Shown piece after piece: positions 61,177-64,000 of a stretch of 64,000 nt of DNA. This DNA is from Cycas panzhihuaensis (Eukaryota > Plantae > Cycadophyta). The DNA is taken from contig CM041465.1 in NCBI GenBank assembly GCA_023213395.1, positions 94,433,741 through 94,497,740 of the forward strand, written 5' to 3'. The position numbers and the translations under genes were made by a program. The notes under the pieces are model-generated. The model had not been told where the DNA came from and made no database searches. It saw only the letters and a program-made list of their open reading frames with translations. Within the stretch, counting starts at the first letter, position 1. The number at the start of each line of letters is the position of its first letter.

Positions 61177-61202
61177 CTTTTATCATTTTACCTATGGCCA
61201 CC

Positions 61203-61274
61203 CCACTCCAGAATGAGTATAAACTACCACTCTGTAACGAGTATAAACTACCACTCCATAATGACTATAAACTA
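61203..61274 (+). repeat. 24-bp tandem repeat x3 (CCACTCCAGAATGAGTATAAACTA-like), with a fourth copy at 61760-61783
   Basis: Directly visible head-to-tail units at 61203, 61227 and 61251. Confidence 0.9.
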
Positions 61275-62100
61275 TTAGTGTGGGAAAATATAGATTTGAG
61301 TAGTTTAAAGATTAAGACGATAGGTAGGAGATTGAAATAAAGTATTTGAAAGGGATAGATCCACATGGCAATCTTAGTAGGAGGAAAGTCCCTAAAAGCC
61401 TCTTGTCCCTAGAAGGAACCAAAGAGGAATCCAATATACTTAGATGGCTAGTTATTTATTTAGTGGGATTAGTTTTTCATTTGGTAAACAATTTGTTTTC
61501 TTCATGATATATTATATAAATGTGGATTATATTCTATGTTTATATAAATTGTCAGGGGTATGATGTAAGTTATATGAGTTTCCTTTTGAGAGATTTATGT
61601 AATTCTATCTTCAATTGTTATAAACTTATTACTGTCTGTTTCAAGTGGTTTTAAGTTTATAAAAATAGAATAAGTAAACCTTTTACCTACTCCCTTTAGT
61701 CTTTCATTTATCTTCTAGTTTTCACTCTTTCTCACGATCTTTTTCTTTCCTGAACCATTCCACTCTAGAATAAGTATAAACTATCATGTATATATCATGA
61801 CAAAAATCCAAAAAAAATATATAACTACAAAAGAATAAAAAAGTAAAAAATGGTAAAATTATTATACATTTCTTTAGATAGTTACATTGATGAATGTATC
61901 CTATGCTTAATCTAAAAAAGAAAAATAAAAGGGGAAAAAGGTTTTAAAGACAAGTATTCATACATAAGTTTTTGAGAGAAAATGATCAATATATATACAT
62001 GGTAACAAAAATATATAGTACATCTATCACTTATGTGGCTCATGATATATATTAAGGCTCACAAAATGCCTCTCATCTCCCTATACAATACATGATACAC

Positions 62101-63853
62101 TCATCCCTTAGACTCCTGATGAGATCCATTTGGGACACCTGGATTTTCTCTCTCCCTATAGCTTGAAGTCTCCCCATGTGTAGACTCACCATGAGGTGGA
62201 AGGTGGCGTTGTCCCTACTATACAATGGTACTCGTTGATGGAGTATATCATGCTCCTACCTGAGCCAATGTCATCTTGAAAAGGTGTCATTTCTCATCCT
62301 CACCTACCTTGTGCTGTAGCTCTCATATCCTCAACTCTACCCTCGTATCCATGTAAAGATCTCAAACTTGAAGAGCATGGCTATAATAGTTAATATGACG
62401 CCCTAGTAGTTTACGATCCACTATATTCCATACTGACGCCTCCTCCAATGCTGGAATGTAAGGGAATATCACCTTCAGTGTCCTCTATACCTCCTTCAAG
62501 GTTACTATCTTGTTACCTATCTAATGAAAATATGTAATTCATGATTAGTATCCTAGAATAAAAAGTCCTCATAAAGTATAAGTATGACATAAAGTGAAAA
62601 AAATTAATTAAACAACATACCTGGTGATCCCCCTCCTCCTATTGGCTCTGCTCCCATTGCCTCCTTGACTGGTAGTGCTCCCCCTTCTTTTGGCTCATGG
62701 CGAGTCTCTTGGGTAGCCATGCCTTCTCTTGCTCTGCTCCCTTTGCCTCAACCCTATCCATCCATCGAGCTTAGCTCCATGCTCTGTATGAAGCCTCCTC
62801 TACACTCCACAAGTGATCCACTCGCTTTCCCAAGTACCTGACAACTCCCTCCTACTCCCCTACTAGATGAGACACCTCCTCTGCCTCCTCATCCTATCAC
62901 TACCCCTACCACCTCTCCTACTTTATCCTCCTCCATCTCATCCTCTCCCTCTCCCTTGCCCAATTGTAAGAGCCTCCTCTACTATCACCCTCTCTATGAC
63001 ATCCATCTCATCATCACTCTATATTAGTAACCCTACATGCACGTCCTCCATGAGTTATCTCCTTATCATCCTGTTGAGAATAGAGCTATGTGTACTCCTC
63101 GCTATGATAGCTAGCATATTGACGATCTGCAACCTTATGCCACCTATTCATACTCATATCCATTATAGTCATCTCTTCTAGTATGCCTCTCAGCCTCATG
63201 AGTAGAACATGATCATACAACTAACACATCAATATAGAGTTATATGAGAATCCTCCTTTCCCCATCCTCTTGATCCTAGATAACTGGTGACTAATACTAT
63301 CTACTATATACTAACCCTAGTTGATCCAGATCCCCTGCTCATATCTCCTCACTACTTTAGTCCATAGTGTTGGAAACCCCATGAAATTCTAGGTTGTGGC
63401 TATCCTATAAATGATGATCACAGCAATGATCCTCTTGACCATAGGGATGTCACCTATTGTCCAAATAGCCTCCATTAATATCTCATTCTAGTTAATCTAG
63501 TTAGTGAATCCTGTTAGGTACTCGCTACATACCATTTGGGACTTCTCATTAGTCACTCTGATGAGCCTCACCCACTCTCCATGTTAGCTAACCCCTAGGA
63601 TCCTTCCCACATCCCTCAGAGTGATCTCAATCTCTCTAATAGCTCATACTCGGAATACGTTATATCCTGGGACCCAACAATTGATAAAATCATGTAAGAT
63701 CTCATGCTCCATCATAAGCTGGGTCAATCCACTCACTCGTGAGAGTCCATATGCTCTCAAAATCTCTCATCCTATCTCATCTAATTAGCTAACGAGTTTT
63801 CCAATGGCCATCCCCTCATTCTCTTGCATCTCGACTCTCTCTAAGGGTTGCAT
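62101..63853 (-). pseudogene. Antisense plant-mobile-domain (PMD, MAIN/MAIL-like) gene, two exons (63853-62621, 62520-62101), decayed
   Basis: Minus-strand translation from ATG 63853: ..LHDFINCWVPGYNVFRV..EIEITLRDVGRILGV..HGEWV..WIN(W)G.YIV..I..QL..ILMC(W)LYDHV, matching PMD hallmarks (W.P...F..GE.TITL.DV..ILGL..G; NWG; W.YEH). 100-bp AT-rich intron CAG|GTATGT...TTTTCATTAG|ATA. Confidence 0.75.
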
Positions 63854-63957
63854 TATGCTTTTAAAATCATGTTAATTTCTTCATTTCATTTCAAAAAAAT
63901 TAATTTTTAAAGATTTTCTAAGTAAAGTTCAAAAGTATGGTTGTATAACTAAAAATG

Positions 63958-64000
63958 AAACTTCACAGCAAAAAAACGTGACTTCACAGCAAAAAATATG
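63958..64000 (+). repeat. Start of a ~21-bp tandem repeat (ACTTCACAGCAAAAAA..)
   Basis: Two units visible at the window edge. Confidence 0.6.

Larger units (their letters stand above)
52440..64000 (+). mobile_element. Tat-lineage (TatIII-like) Ty3/gypsy element, internally deleted for most of RT-RH-INT; left LTR boundary uncertain (51.6-52.5 kb), right end outside the window
   Basis: LTR end ..GATGACACCA (55373), PBS TGGCGACCATACTTGGGA (55380, tRNA-Arg-like). Gag FPKSLQGDSLKWFYHLP (56776), protease IIDK.S.VNVIP (~58145), RT start IKLGAS...FHEFHSVF.WDYKDM.GLD (59620-59760) fused to an integrase-like C-terminus, then a separate RNase H ORF. Confidence 0.8.

Noticed and set aside
61203-61274. 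CRISPR-like array
   Set aside because: Head-to-tail repeats without unique spacers, in a eukaryotic retroelement, with no cas genes.
62867-63181. 104-aa Pro/Leu-rich plus-strand ORF resembling a secreted protein
   Set aside because: It is the reverse complement of the purine-rich PMD-gene coding strand.

Overview
Eukaryotic, AT-rich plant nuclear DNA. It is probably a gymnosperm, judged from a TatIII-like Ty3/gypsy element and the long nested retroelement stacks. About 85-90% of the window is decayed retrotransposon: an L1-type LINE (1-~3352, minus) inserted in a copia element; three further copia elements with gag-pol and paired LTRs; two gag-only non-autonomous copia derivatives; a chromovirus-type gypsy relic split by nested insertions; and an internally deleted Tat-lineage gypsy element with a stand-alone archaeal-type RNase H and an antisense, intron-containing plant-mobile-domain (PMD) gene. 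The only apparently intact host gene is the last three coding exons of a WVD2-like/TPX2-domain (KLEEK) microtubule-associated protein (15275-17278, +). The most striking feature is a 3-kb LTR element (35148-38122; paired LTRs, PBS, PPT, perfect GAAAA TSD) with no gag/pol. It carries an intronless, 3'-truncated copy of the plastid HugZ-like heme-binding gene (HOZ/At3g03890 family) plus other unidentified cargo, i.e. LTR-mediated capture of host mRNA. Also notable are several nested, base-paired RNA structure blocks in element leaders and LTRs, and an element whose 3' LTR is followed by a second PBS. All family assignments come from recalled motifs, not database searches.
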